Assembly (NCBI GenBank): GCA_963845565.1
Contig: CAWJSJ010000004.1
Coordinates: forward strand, 200,531 to 264,530
DNA from: an uncultured Methylomirabilota bacterium
Lineage (GTDB): Bacteria > Methylomirabilota > Methylomirabilia > Methylomirabilales > 2-02-FULL-66-22
Direction: 5' to 3'
DNA: 64,000 bases
The position numbers and the translations under genes are program-made. The notes beneath the pieces are model-generated. The model did no database searches and was not told the DNA's origin. It saw only the letters and a list, made by a program, of their open reading frames with translations. Positions 1 to 10,688 of this stretch are shown here, piece by piece; position 1 is the stretch's first letter; every line of letters starts with the position of its first letter.

Positions 1-5
1 CAACC

Positions 6-872
6 TCACGACGGTCGTGCCTCGAAGGTGTTGCACTGCTTCAGCGTGCCAGACTCGATTCCGCGCCTGAACCAGCGAACGCGGTCGGCCGACGTGCCGT
101 GTGTAAAGCTGTCGGGAACGGCGTACCCGCGCGTCTGCTGCTGCAAGCGGTCGTCGCCGATCGCACTGGCCGCGGTCAGCGCCTCCTCGATGTCGCCGGC
201 CTCCAGGATATTCCGCATGCGGTCGGCGTGGTGCGCCCAGATCCCCGCCAGACAATCGGCCTGGAGCTCCAGACGCACCGAGAGCGCGTTTGCTTGGGTC
301 TGGCTCGCGCGGCTCCGCGCGGCCTGCACCTTGTCCGAGATGCCGAGCAGGTGCTGTACGTGGTGGCCGACCTCGTGGGCGATGACGTAGGCCTGGGCGA
401 AATCTCCCGGGGCCTTGAACCGGACCTTCAGGTCTTGGTAAAAGGCGAGGTCAATGTACACCTTCTGGTCGGCCGGGCAATAGAACGGGCCCATCGCGGT
501 CTGGCCGGTGCCGCAGGCGGTCGGCGTCGCGCCGGTGAAGAGCACCAGTTTCGGATCCTGGTACTGGCGGCCGGCCTGGCGGAAGATCGTGCGCCAGGTG
601 TCCTCGGTGTCGGCGAGCACCTTCGAGACGAAGCGTGCCATCTCGTCGTTGGCCGGGGGTTTGTGCGCGGGCACCGATTGTACCGCCGGGCTTCCGGCGC
701 CCGAGAAGAGACCGAGAATCACGGTCGGATCAATGCCGAAGAAGTAGCTCGCCGCAAGTGCCAGCACGATCGCGCCGATCCCGGCGCCCCGACCGACGCC
801 GAAACTTCGTCGGCCGCCCTCGCCGCGGCGATCTTCGACGTTGTCACTTTCTCGCTCGTCGTCGAGACGCAT
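6..872 (-). CDS. Neutral zinc metallopeptidase, YpfJ-like
   Basis: N-terminal ESDNVEDRRG, TM segment, GPFYCPAD, YVIAHEVGHHVQ (HExxH), ELQADC, SFTHGTS; start moved to ATG 872 behind an RBS. Confidence 0.9.
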   Translation of the reverse strand: MRLDDERESDNVEDRRGEGGRRSFGVGRGAGIGAIVLALAASYFFGIDPTVILGLFSGAGSPAVQSVPAHKPPANDEMARFVSKVLADTEDTWRTIFRQAGRQYQDPKLVLFTGATPTACGTGQTAMGPFYCPADQKVYIDLAFYQDLKVRFKAPGDFAQAYVIAHEVGHHVQHLLGISDKVQAARSRASQTQANALSVRLELQADCLAGIWAHHADRMRNILEAGDIEEALTAASAIGDDRLQQQTRGYAVPDSFTHGTSADRVRWFRRGIESGTLKQCNTFEARPS

Positions 873-891
873 GTGCGCCTCCCTTCTTCCG

Positions 892-2385
892 TTACGTTCG
901 CGCGAAGAGCCTGGCCTGGGGCCGGAACGGGACGTCGGCATCCAGGGGGAAGATGGGCCGCAGGCAGCGGGTGTGGCCAAGGCTCTTCAGGTTGGCGGAT
1001 GTTGCCCCAGGGGCATCCACGTTCACCAGCGTGGCCGCCCACGCCTTAAAGAAGCGCTCCTGGCAGTGGGGGGACTTCACCACGACGGCATCGAAGTGCG
1101 CCGGGTCCTGCCCGTGGGCCAGGAAGAGCGAGCGGTCATAGAGGCTCACCGCGCGACTGGTCACGACCAGGGTGAAGCAGTCCCCCTCCAGGACTGCGGT
1201 CGGTCCCGCCTGCCAGGTGTCGCCATGGGACTCGCTCCGGCAGCGGCCGTCCGAGAGGAGGCGCACCGTGGCGTTGATCGGCAGCGGCCGGTGACGCTTG
1301 GGGTCGAGCGCGCCGCCCACCTCCGTGGTCAGCGTGTGCCCCACACCGGCCGCGAACGCCGCGCGGACCGCGGGGGGATCCACCACGGGGGCCAGGACCC
1401 GCTTGGCGTAGCCGGACTCGACCAGCGCGCGCAGGATGGCGTTGCTGTCGCCAGGGGCGCCGGAACTGGTGGCGTCGGCGGCGTCGGTCAGGATGGTGGT
1501 GCCTTCCGTCTGCGTCGCGATGTGCACGGCCTCCGCGAGACTCGTCAGGGGCTGCTGCAGTCGCTCGCGGACCGCCCAGAATCCCTCCGCCAGGGCCAAG
1601 GCCTCGCGCTCGGCCCGCGCCGGGTCGTTGTCGGTCACCACGACGCTCCGGGAGCAGAGACCGGGCACATCGGTGAACGGGTTGCCGATGAACATGCCGG
1701 CGGCCAGGCCACCGGGACTCGTTTCGATGGCCTGGGCCTGGCGGATGAAGGTGCCGAGCAGGCCGGTCGCCGTGATCAGTTCGTTCCCGCGCACCAGCGC
1801 CGGGATGGTGACGACCGCCGTGACGGGTCGCACGGCGCCGGCCAGGATGCGCAGGAGAAGCCGCGCCGCCCGCTCGCCCGTCTGGAAGAAATCCACGTGG
1901 GGATAGGTGTGATACATCGCGATGGCGTCGGCGTGCTGGAGCATGCGGTCCGTCAGGATGCCGTGCAGGTCGAGGGAGACCACGATGGGGATCCGCTCTC
2001 CGAGAATCTTGCGCGTCTCGGCCAGCAGAAATCCCTCGGTGTCGTGCTCGCTTTCGGCCTCCATGGCGCCGTGGAGGGAAAAGTAGACGGCGTCCACGGG
2101 CGGCGCCGATCGGACCGCGTCCAGGAACTCGCGGGCGATCCGGTCGAAGTCCGCCGCCGCCAGGACCCCGCCGGAGGTGATGGCGCGGGCACTGTAGGCG
2201 GGGACGATCTGGACGTCGGGCTGTGTCGCGAAGACGCCGAGGGCGCCCGCCATCTCGCTCCCGACCCCCGCGTGGCGGCGGAGCAGCTCGGGCCCGACGG
2301 CGATGCTGAAGTCCTGGTAGTGACTCGGGACCGGATTGAACGAGGATGATTCCTGCTTGCATTCCGCAACCAGAATCTTCGCCAT
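892..2385 (-). CDS. M81 family (MlrC-like) metallopeptidase
   Basis: KQESSSFNP, LHGAM, SLDLHG, YHTYPHVD and VVVKS motifs typical of MlrC/DUF1485. Confidence 0.85.
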   Translation of the reverse strand: MAKILVAECKQESSSFNPVPSHYQDFSIAVGPELLRRHAGVGSEMAGALGVFATQPDVQIVPAYSARAITSGGVLAAADFDRIAREFLDAVRSAPPVDAVYFSLHGAMEAESEHDTEGFLLAETRKILGERIPIVVSLDLHGILTDRMLQHADAIAMYHTYPHVDFFQTGERAARLLLRILAGAVRPVTAVVTIPALVRGNELITATGLLGTFIRQAQAIETSPGGLAAGMFIGNPFTDVPGLCSRSVVVTDNDPARAEREALALAEGFWAVRERLQQPLTSLAEAVHIATQTEGTTILTDAADATSSGAPGDSNAILRALVESGYAKRVLAPVVDPPAVRAAFAAGVGHTLTTEVGGALDPKRHRPLPINATVRLLSDGRCRSESHGDTWQAGPTAVLEGDCFTLVVTSRAVSLYDRSLFLAHGQDPAHFDAVVVKSPHCQERFFKAWAATLVNVDAPGATSANLKSLGHTRCLRPIFPLDADVPFRPQARLFART

Positions 2386-2527
2386 CGCCGATGCTCCTTC
2401 CCTCGCATTCGCCTGGGCGTCGGGCCCGCGGGCGCCGCCCTGCATGCGACAGTCCTGCATCCCGGAACGGCACGGGGAGCGCCGATGGTCGGGCGCTCCC
2501 CGTTGCCGGAAGAACCGCGCGTGCTGG

Positions 2528-3427
2528 TTACTTCGTGATGAACTCCACCGCCATCACCGTCCGCGGCGGCACGGGTTGCTCCTTGGTCTTGATCCACTTG
2601 GCGTGGAGCACGCCCGTCTTGCCGATGTTGTACGGGGGCAGGGCGATGGTCATGGCCAACTCGCCCCGCGACACGGCCTCGCGGGCGTCCTTGTTGGCGT
2701 CCATGCCGGTGATCTTGATCCCCGTCCGCTTCGACGCCTTGACGGCGGCCAGGACCCCCATGGCCATCTCGTCGTTGAAGCAGAAGACGGCATCGATCTG
2801 CGGCTGGGCCTGGAGGATATTCTCCATCACGCCGAGAGTCACTGCCCGGTCATATTTCCCGCTCTGCTGGGCGACGATCTTGATGCCCGGGTACTTGGGC
2901 CACACCTCGGCGGATCCCTTCTTCCGGTCCTCGGACGAGGCGGCGCCCGGGATGCCCTCCATGACGACCACGTTCCCCTTGCCGCCGAGGGCCTTGGCCA
3001 CCCATTCGGCGCCCTCGCGGCCGATCACCACGTTGTCGGTCCCGATGTGCGAGGTCACCTTGGCGCCGGGGACGGCGCGCTGCAGCGTGACGACGGGGAT
3101 CCCGGCCTCCGCCGCCTTGTTCAGGACCGCCGCCGCGCCGTCATGGGTGGCGTTGATGATGATCACGTCCACTTTTTTCTGGATCAGGTCCTCGACGTCG
3201 GCAATCTGCTTCTCCAGCTTGTCCTCGGCGTTCAGGATGGTGGCCTCCATCCCCTGAGCCTTGGCCTCGTCGCGGACGCCGTCGGCCATGGCCTTGTAGA
3301 AGGGATTGACCTGGGTGGAGACGGAGAACCCGATCTTCACGCCGGCCTGGCCGCCGGAGACCGTCACCGCCAGGAATCCCACCGCCAGGATCGTGATGCC
3401 CACGACGCGCCATCCTCGGATACCCAT
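2528..3427 (-). CDS. Sugar (ribose-type) ABC transporter substrate-binding protein
   Basis: Signal peptide, NPFY, GTDN, FCFNDEMAMG; RbsB-like. Confidence 0.88.
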   Translation of the reverse strand: MGIRGWRVVGITILAVGFLAVTVSGGQAGVKIGFSVSTQVNPFYKAMADGVRDEAKAQGMEATILNAEDKLEKQIADVEDLIQKKVDVIIINATHDGAAAVLNKAAEAGIPVVTLQRAVPGAKVTSHIGTDNVVIGREGAEWVAKALGGKGNVVVMEGIPGAASSEDRKKGSAEVWPKYPGIKIVAQQSGKYDRAVTLGVMENILQAQPQIDAVFCFNDEMAMGVLAAVKASKRTGIKITGMDANKDAREAVSRGELAMTIALPPYNIGKTGVLHAKWIKTKEQPVPPRTVMAVEFITK

Positions 3428-3493
3428 CCTGCTCCTCCTTTCCGGCGTGTCGGTCCGGTCCCACCATGGGGCCGGAGGACGCCGGTTGCGACA

Positions 3494-4480
3494 TTACCCG
3501 GAGTGCTCGCGCGGCTCCCCGCGATCCTCCGATGGAACCGCGGGACCGCTGCGCCCCGTACCTGCCTTGATCGCCTGATCCACCAGCACGGCCAGGACGA
3601 TCACGCCTCCCTTGGCGATGAGCTGGTAGAACGGGCTGACGTTCATCAGGTTGAAGCCGTTGTTCAGGACGCCGATGATGAAGGCGCCGACGACCGTGCC
3701 CCAGATCGTCCCCTCGCCCCCCATCAGGCTGGTGCCGCCCAGGACCACGGCGGCGATCGCGTCCAGCTCGAACCCGACCCCGGTATTCGGCTGCGCCGAG
3801 CTCAGCCGCGCCGCCAGGACCAGACCGGCGAGCCCGGCCAGGACCCCCCCCAGAACATACACGAGGATCTGGATTCCCGCCAGGCTGATCCCCGCCAGCC
3901 GGGCGGCCTCGGCGTTGCCGCCAACGGCATACACGTAGGTTCCCCAGCGGGTGCGCGACAGAAACCAATGGGCGGCGAGCAGGGTGGCGATCATGAGCAG
4001 GATGGGGACGGGGATCGGACCGATGAAGGCCTGTCCCAGCCAGAGGTAGGGACCCTCGGTCTTGACGATCGGCTCGCCGTTGGTGAGAACCAGCGCCACC
4101 CCGCGCACCACGGTCATGGTGGCCAGGGTGGTGATGAAGGGGGGCACGCGCCCCCAGGCGATCAGGGCGCCGTTCAGCAGACCCACACCGGCGGCCACCA
4201 CGATGCCCGCCAGCATGCCGACGACGTCGCCGGCGGGCCGGGCGACGAGGAGCGCGGCGCAGCCCGCCAGGGCGATGGTCGAGCCGACGGAGAGGTCGAT
4301 CCCGCCGGTGATGATCACGATCGTCATCCCGGCCGCCACGATGGCGTTGATGGAGACCTGGCGCGCCACGTTGATCAGGTTGGAGGCGGTCAGGAACCGG
4401 TCCGACAGCAGACTCAACACGGCGCCGATCAGGAGGAGGCCCAGGAGGGACCCGTAGTCCCGCAGGAGTCGTCGGCTCAT
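3494..4480 (-). CDS. Sugar ABC transporter permease (RbsC-like)
   Basis: GGIDLSVGS, PPFITTL, GGNAEAARLAGI, ELDAIAAVVLGGTSL. Confidence 0.92.
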   Translation of the reverse strand: MSRRLLRDYGSLLGLLLIGAVLSLLSDRFLTASNLINVARQVSINAIVAAGMTIVIITGGIDLSVGSTIALAGCAALLVARPAGDVVGMLAGIVVAAGVGLLNGALIAWGRVPPFITTLATMTVVRGVALVLTNGEPIVKTEGPYLWLGQAFIGPIPVPILLMIATLLAAHWFLSRTRWGTYVYAVGGNAEAARLAGISLAGIQILVYVLGGVLAGLAGLVLAARLSSAQPNTGVGFELDAIAAVVLGGTSLMGGEGTIWGTVVGAFIIGVLNNGFNLMNVSPFYQLIAKGGVIVLAVLVDQAIKAGTGRSGPAVPSEDRGEPREHSG

Positions 4481-4484
4481 GGCG

Positions 4485-5978
4485 TCATCTCGTCAGACCG
4501 GTGGCGTGCGCCATCACGGTTTCGGGGGAGGCGGTGCGCGCGTCCAGCTCTGCAACCACCTGATGGCGGCGCATGACGCACAGTCGATCGCTCATGGCAA
4601 TGACCTCCGGCAGGTCGGACGAGATGAGAAGAATGCCTTTGCCGTCCCGGACGAGCTGGTTCATCAGGCGGTACATCTCCTGCTTGGCCCCCACGTCGAT
4701 GCCCCGCGTCGGCTCGTCCAGGATCAGCAGGCGGGACCGGCGAGCGAGCCACTTGGCCAGGACCACCTTCTGCTGGTTGCCGCCGCTCAGACTCCGCACC
4801 GGGTGCGCAGGGTCGGCCAGACGGATGCGGAGCTCCCGGATCAGCGGCTCCGCCAGGCGGCGCACGCCGCCCCGGGCGGGCAGCCAGCCGGCCAGGAGGC
4901 GATCCAGGTTGGGTAGGGCGATGTTCACGTCCACGCCCAGGCCCAGCACCAGTCCCTGTCCCTGGCGATCCTCCGGCACCATGCCGATCCCCAACCGGAT
5001 CGCTTGCCGCGGCGTCGTGACCCGGAGCGGACGGCCACACCAGGTGAGGGCGAGGCCCGGGTGACGCTCGGCGCCGAAGACGGCGCGGACCAGCTCGGTC
5101 CGGCCGGATCCGACCAGACCAGCCAGGCCGACCACTTCTCCCGCCGCGACGCGCACGGGGAGGCCGGCGGCCGGCCGGATCTCCAGGAGGGGCTCCCCCG
5201 GCGCCGCCGGTTCCTTGGGGTAGTGCTCCGTGATGCTCCGGCCCACCATCCCCCGGATGAGCCGGTCCAGCGTCGCCTCGCCGGCGCCCAAGGTTTCCAC
5301 CCGACGCCCGTCCCGCAGGATGGTCACGCGGTCCGCCAGGCTCAGCACTTCCTCCAGGCGATGGGAGATGTAGAGGACGCTGACCCCCCGCGCGCGCAAC
5401 CGCCGCACGGTCTCGTGCAGGCGAGCCGTCTCCTGGGTGGTGAGGGTGGCGGTCGGCTCGTCCATCAGGATCAGCCGCGATTCGCGAGACAGCGCGCGGG
5501 CGATCTCCACCATCTGCCGCTCCGGAACCGAGAGCTCCCGCACCGGTCGGTCCGGATCCAGACCACCCGCTCCTTCCGTCCGGCCCAGAAGATCGGCCAC
5601 CAGGCTGACGGTCCGGGCCCGCATGGCGGCCCGGCGCGCGGCCCCGCCGCCGGGGACGGAGGTCTCGTGCCCCAGAAAAATATTCTGCGTCGCCGTGAGC
5701 GCGGGGATGAGGGTGAATTCCTGGTAGATGGTGACGATGCCGCAGGCCTCGCTGGCGCGCGGCGAGCCGACGGGCAGGGGGGCGCCCGCGAAGCGAAGGT
5801 CGCCGGCATCGGGTCGCACCGCCCCGCTCAGGATTTTGAGGAGTGTGGACTTGCCGGCGCCGTTTTCCCCGACCAACGCGTGGACCTCGCCCGGCTGGAC
5901 CTCGAGATCCACGCCGGCAAGAGCCTGCACGCCGCCGTACCGCTTGGTCAGACCTCGCACGGAGAGTAGGGGATCCAT
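4485..5978 (-). CDS. Sugar ABC transporter ATP-binding protein (RbsA-like, two NBDs)
   Basis: GENGAGKST, MDEPT, LSGGNQQK, LDEPTRGIDVGAK. Confidence 0.93.
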   Translation of the reverse strand: MDPLLSVRGLTKRYGGVQALAGVDLEVQPGEVHALVGENGAGKSTLLKILSGAVRPDAGDLRFAGAPLPVGSPRASEACGIVTIYQEFTLIPALTATQNIFLGHETSVPGGGAARRAAMRARTVSLVADLLGRTEGAGGLDPDRPVRELSVPERQMVEIARALSRESRLILMDEPTATLTTQETARLHETVRRLRARGVSVLYISHRLEEVLSLADRVTILRDGRRVETLGAGEATLDRLIRGMVGRSITEHYPKEPAAPGEPLLEIRPAAGLPVRVAAGEVVGLAGLVGSGRTELVRAVFGAERHPGLALTWCGRPLRVTTPRQAIRLGIGMVPEDRQGQGLVLGLGVDVNIALPNLDRLLAGWLPARGGVRRLAEPLIRELRIRLADPAHPVRSLSGGNQQKVVLAKWLARRSRLLILDEPTRGIDVGAKQEMYRLMNQLVRDGKGILLISSDLPEVIAMSDRLCVMRRHQVVAELDARTASPETVMAHATGLTR

Positions 5979-6258
5979 GGTCGCGTGCCGCGTCGGCGCG
6001 GGGCCGGAAAGGAATTAGCGCGCCACCATAGACCACCGAGCCGGGTTGGTTGTCAAGGGAAAAGCGGGCGGTGGTGACCGAGGAGGGCGGGTGCGGCCCG
6101 CACCGGGAAGGGCGCCCGCGTGGTGGACTCCCGAAAAAGTTCTTGTTGTACGGCGACAGGCTTTGTAGTAGCTTCCGTTTCGGCCAGCCCTGGCGCCCCC
6201 GCGTGGGCGGTTGTGTGCCGGGGAGACTCGCAACCACACCTCAGGAAAGGAGAGCAGC

Positions 6259-6549
6259 ATGGCGAAGCCGATGACCAAGGCGCAGACCGTCACCTACTTC
6301 TCGGACAAGTTGGGCATCACCCGCAAGGTCGCCGCGGCGTTCCTGGATGAGCAGGCGAAGCTGGCCGGCAAAGAGGCCAAGAACGGCTACACGATTCCGG
6401 GGCTGGGCAAGCTGGTGTTGGTGAATCGCAAGGCGCGGATGGGCCGCAACCCTCAGACCGGCGAGGCCATCAAGATCGCCGCACGCCGCGTCGTGCGCTT
6501 CCGTGTGGCCAAGGCCATGAAGGATTCCGTGCTGGGCGGCAAGAAGTAG
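6259..6549 (+). CDS. hup: HU family DNA-binding protein
   Basis: IPGLGKL, ARMGRNPQTGEAIKI; RBS AGGAGAG. Confidence 0.92.
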   Translation: MAKPMTKAQTVTYFSDKLGITRKVAAAFLDEQAKLAGKEAKNGYTIPGLGKLVLVNRKARMGRNPQTGEAIKIAARRVVRFRVAKAMKDSVLGGKK

Positions 6550-6810
6550 GCGTGCCGGTCCGGGCAGCTCTCGCGGTGCGTCACGGCGATGGGGGCGGAG
6601 CGTGGCGCTCCGTGGCGCCCGATCCCGTCGGTCTGCGACGCCTCCTCCTGCAAGATTGCGGCGAGGGAGGATCGCTCTAGGGCGGTTCTCCCTCGCCGGC
6701 GCCCCCCACTTGGCGGGGCGGGACACGCGCCGTGCAGGGGCTTCTGGGAAGCCGGCGTCCCGCCTCTTTCGTAGTTGCACCCGCCAGCGTGCCAACGGAG
6801 ACGACAAACC

Positions 6811-9036
6811 ATGGCGGCGGCGTCCCTCTCCAACACGAGTGTGAAAGCCATCATCCAGGGCGAATGCGGGGATCCCTTCGCGGTGCTCGGGCCGCATGTG
6901 ATCCGCCGGGCCCGGCGTCCCGCCGTAGCCATCCGCGCCTTTCTCCCCCATGCGGCTCAGGTCACCGTCGTGCCCGCCGAGGTCGGTGCGCTCCCGCAAC
7001 CGATGGAGCGGCTGCACGCGTCAGGCCTTTTCGAAGCCGTGTTCGCCGACCGGCGCGAACTGTTCGGGTATCAGTTGGAGGTGCGGGATCGTGATGGCAT
7101 CGCCTGTCGCTGCGAGGACGCCTTCCGGTTTCCCTCCGCGCTGAGCGATTTCGACCTCCACCTCTTGGGCGAGGGGACCGACTACCGGGCCTACCAGAAG
7201 CTGGGGGCGCATCTCGCGACGGTGGACGGCGTGACGGGGGTGCGGTTCGCGGTCTGGGCGCCGAACGCGCGGCGGGTCAGCGCGGTGGGCGACTGGAACG
7301 GCTGGGACGGCCGGGTGCACCCGATGCGCCTCCATCCCGGCAACGGACTCTGGGAGATCTTCATCCCGGGGCTGGGCAGCGGGGCGCTGTACAAGTACGA
7401 GATCCTGCCGAAGAGCAGCGCGCCCCTCGCCCTCAAGTCGGACCCGGTCGCCTTCGCCTTCGAGGAGCGCGATCCCCCCACGGCCTCGATGGTCGCCGAT
7501 CTCGACTATGCGTGGGGCGATGCGGAGTGGATGGCCGCGCGGGCGGCGCGGAACGCTCTGGAGACTCCCCTTTCCATCTACGAGGTCCATCCCGGCTCCT
7601 GGATGCGGGTGCCGGAAGAGGGCAACCGCTACCTGACCTATCGCGAACTGGGCGAGCGCTTGGGCGCCTATGCGGCGGAGATGGGCTACACCCATGTGGA
7701 GTTCATGCCGATCACGGAGCATCCCTTCTACGGCTCCTGGGGGTACCAGCCCATCGGCCTCTATGCCCCGACGCGCCGGTACGGCGCGCCGCAGGACTTC
7801 ATGGCCTGCGTGGACGCGCTTCACCGATACGGTGTGGGCGTCATCCTGGACTGGGTACCGGCCCACTTCCCGAACGACCCGCATGGTTTGACCTACTTCG
7901 ACGGGACGCACCTGTACGAGCACGAGGACCCGCGCCGGCGCGAACATCCGGAGTGGGGGACCCGCATTTTCAACTACGGCCGGAACGAGGTGGCCAACTA
8001 TCTGATCGGGAGCGCCCTCTTCTGGCTGGACAAGTACCACATCGACGGGCTCCGCTTGGACGCCGTGGCCTCCATGATCTATCTCGATTACGCCCGGCAG
8101 GGCGGCGACTGGCTCCCGAACCAGTACGGCGGGCGAGAGAATCTGGAGGCGGTGAGCTTTCTCCGACGATTGAACGAGGCCGTCTACCGCGAGCATCCGG
8201 GAGCCATCACGATCGCCGAAGAGTCGACAGCCTGGCCGCAGGTGTCGCGCCCGACGTACGTCGGCGGACTGGGGTTCGGGTTCAAGTGGAACATGGGCTG
8301 GATGCACGACCTGCTCGACTACATGACCGAAGACCCCATCCACCGGAAGTACCATCACAACCATCTCACCTTCGGATTCCTGTACGCCTGGAGCGAGAAC
8401 TTCATCCTGCCGCTCTCGCATGACGAGGTGGTGTACGGCAAAGGGTCGCTGCACCGGAAGATGCCCGGGGACGACTGGCAGAAATTTGCCAACCTGCGCG
8501 CGTTCTTCGGCTTCATGTACGGGCATCCAGGCAAGAAACTGCTCTTCATGGGGGGCGAGTTCGGCCAGACCAACGAATGGGACCATGAGGCGAGCCTGGA
8601 TTGGCACCTCTTGGAGATGGGGCCGTACCATCGCGGATTGCAGCGCCTGGTGCAAGACCTGAACGGGCTCTACCGGACGCAGCCGGCCCTGTACCAGGTG
8701 GACTTTTCGTCCGAGGGGTTTCAATGGATGGACTGCGACGACACGGACGCGAGCGTGGTGTCGTTCGTTCGGCGCGCGCGCGACCCGCAGGACTTCCTCC
8801 TCTTCGTGTGCAACTTCACCCCGGTGGTGCGGAGCGGCTACCGGGTCGGCGTTCCGCGCGGCGGTTTCTACCACGAGCGGATCAACACGGACGGCGCGAT
8901 CTACGGCGGAAGCAACGTCGGGAACGCCGGAAACGTCCTGGCGGAGCCCATCCCGACCCACGGTCAGCCGTATTCGCTCCGGCTCGACTTGCCGCCCCTG
9001 GCGACCCTGGTGCTGCGACCCGATGGAGTCTGGTGA
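6811..9036 (+). CDS. glgB: 1,4-alpha-glucan branching enzyme
   Basis: [48 protein letters not shown]. Confidence 0.97.
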   Translation: MAAASLSNTSVKAIIQGECGDPFAVLGPHVIRRARRPAVAIRAFLPHAAQVTVVPAEVGALPQPMERLHASGLFEAVFADRRELFGYQLEVRDRDGIACRCEDAFRFPSALSDFDLHLLGEGTDYRAYQKLGAHLATVDGVTGVRFAVWAPNARRVSAVGDWNGWDGRVHPMRLHPGNGLWEIFIPGLGSGALYKYEILPKSSAPLALKSDPVAFAFEERDPPTASMVADLDYAWGDAEWMAARAARNALETPLSIYEVHPGSWMRVPEEGNRYLTYRELGERLGAYAAEMGYTHVEFMPITEHPFYGSWGYQPIGLYAPTRRYGAPQDFMACVDALHRYGVGVILDWVPAHFPNDPHGLTYFDGTHLYEHEDPRRREHPEWGTRIFNYGRNEVANYLIGSALFWLDKYHIDGLRLDAVASMIYLDYARQGGDWLPNQYGGRENLEAVSFLRRLNEAVYREHPGAITIAEESTAWPQVSRPTYVGGLGFGFKWNMGWMHDLLDYMTEDPIHRKYHHNHLTFGFLYAWSENFILPLSHDEVVYGKGSLHRKMPGDDWQKFANLRAFFGFMYGHPGKKLLFMGGEFGQTNEWDHEASLDWHLLEMGPYHRGLQRLVQDLNGLYRTQPALYQVDFSSEGFQWMDCDDTDASVVSFVRRARDPQDFLLFVCNFTPVVRSGYRVGVPRGGFYHERINTDGAIYGGSNVGNAGNVLAEPIPTHGQPYSLRLDLPPLATLVLRPDGVW

Positions 9037-9176
9037 GTCGGCACGCTCGGCTGGCTCACACCCCTGGTACACGCCCTGCGCCGCGGTCATTCGATTCGGA
9101 TCATTCACGAGTCCTTCGTGATTGATCCGGGCTCAACCGTCTCTCCCCACGCCACCCGTTCCGCGAGGAGGACCGC

Positions 9177-10577
9177 ATGCGCTCCGACGAACTCGCCTTC
9201 ATGCCCGCCAGCGATCTGGCCGCCCTGATCCGGAACCAGCAGGTGTCCCCCGTCGAGGCGGTCGGAGCCGTCCTCGATCGAATCGCCCACCTCAATCCGC
9301 AACTCAACGCCTTCTGCGCCGTGACGGCGGATGCCGCCCGGGCGGAGGCGCGAGCGGCCGAGGCCGCCGTCCTGCGCGGAGACCGGCTCGGCCCGCTGCA
9401 CGGCGTGCCGTTCTCGGTCAAAGACCTCGTGATTACCCGAGGGGTCCGGACGGGATTCGGGTCGCGCATCTTCGCGGACAACATTCCGACCGAGGACGCC
9501 CCCGTCGTCGAGCGACTGAAAGCTGCCGGCGGGATCATGGTGGGGAAGACGACGACGCCGGAGTTCGGGTGGAAGGGCACCACCGACTCGCCGCTCACCG
9601 GGATCAGCCGGAATCCCTGGGATCCGACCAAATCGCCGGGCGGCTCCAGCGGCGGCGCCGCCGCCGCGGTGGCGGCCGGCCTGGCGCCGCTGGCGGTCGG
9701 AACGGATGGCGGCGGCTCGATTCGCATCCCGGGGAGCTTCTGCGGCATCTTCGGCCTGAAGCCGACCTGCGGCGTGGTGCCCATCTATCCGATGCCGAAT
9801 ACCGGAACGCTCTCCCACGTCGGCCCCATGACCCGGACGGTGCGGGACGCCGCCCTGATGCTGTCGGTGATGGCGGGGCCGGATGACCGGGATCCGCTGT
9901 CCTTCCCGACCACCGGGACCGATTTTACCGAAGGGCTGGAGACGGGGATCCGGGGGTTGCGCGTGGCCTGGAGCCCCACGCTGGGCTATGCGCGCGTGCA
10001 CCCGGAGGTGCTGGCGGCGACGACGCGCGCGGCACGGCGCTTCGAGGAGCTGGGATGTCAGGTGGACGAGGTGGAGCGGGTCTTCGCCGATCCCGACGCG
10101 ATCTGGGCGCCGCTCTTCTATGGGGGCATCGCCGGCCGCCTGCAGGAGTACCTGCCCGCCTGGGCGGATCGCCTCGATCCGGGATTGGTCTCGGTGATCG
10201 AGGAGGGAGGCCGCATTTTCGCGGCGGAGTTTGTCCGGGCAACGCTGGCCCGGGCCGCCTTCTGGCAGGAGGTCCGGAAATTCTTCCTGCGATACGACCT
10301 GCTCCTCACGCCGACCCTGGCCTCGCTGCCGTTCGCGGCGGGCGAGGAGAAGCCGGCGGACGCGCCGACCGGTTCCCGCCTGGCCTGGGTGGCCTTCACC
10401 TATCCGTTCAACCTGACCGGGCAGCCTGCCGCCACGGTGCCGTGCGGTTTCACGCCGGCCGGGTTGCCTGTCGGGCTGCAGATCGTGGGGAAGCGACTGG
10501 CGGACGCGACGGTGCTGCGGGCAGCGGCAACCTTCGAGGCGGCGGCCCCGTGGGCCGGCCGTCGGCCGGCGGTGTGA
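9177..10577 (+). CDS. Amidase signature family protein
   Basis: GVPFSVKD, GGSSGG, GTDGGGSIRIP. Confidence 0.93.
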   Translation: MRSDELAFMPASDLAALIRNQQVSPVEAVGAVLDRIAHLNPQLNAFCAVTADAARAEARAAEAAVLRGDRLGPLHGVPFSVKDLVITRGVRTGFGSRIFADNIPTEDAPVVERLKAAGGIMVGKTTTPEFGWKGTTDSPLTGISRNPWDPTKSPGGSSGGAAAAVAAGLAPLAVGTDGGGSIRIPGSFCGIFGLKPTCGVVPIYPMPNTGTLSHVGPMTRTVRDAALMLSVMAGPDDRDPLSFPTTGTDFTEGLETGIRGLRVAWSPTLGYARVHPEVLAATTRAARRFEELGCQVDEVERVFADPDAIWAPLFYGGIAGRLQEYLPAWADRLDPGLVSVIEEGGRIFAAEFVRATLARAAFWQEVRKFFLRYDLLLTPTLASLPFAAGEEKPADAPTGSRLAWVAFTYPFNLTGQPAATVPCGFTPAGLPVGLQIVGKRLADATVLRAAATFEAAAPWAGRRPAV

Positions 10578-10587
10578 GGGGCCTGCG

Positions 10588-10634
10588 GAGAGGCGAGAGG
10601 CCAGAGCCGAGAGCATAGAGCCGAGAGCCGAGAC
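10588..10634. repeat. Degenerate heptamer tandem repeat (GAGAGCC-like)
   Basis: gagaggc-gagaggc-cagagcc-gagagca-tagagcc-gagagcc just after the amidase stop. Confidence 0.6.
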
Positions 10635-10635
10635 G

Positions 10636-10682
10636 GGACCCGCACGCACGGCGGGGGGTTGCCCCGCCGTGCGTGCGGGTCC
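10636..10682. terminator. Perfect 21-bp-stem hairpin between convergent genes
   Basis: GGACCCGCACGCACGGCGGGG-ggttg-CCCCGCCGTGCGTGCGGGTCC; no U-tract. Confidence 0.6.
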
Positions 10683-10688
10683 GCGAGA

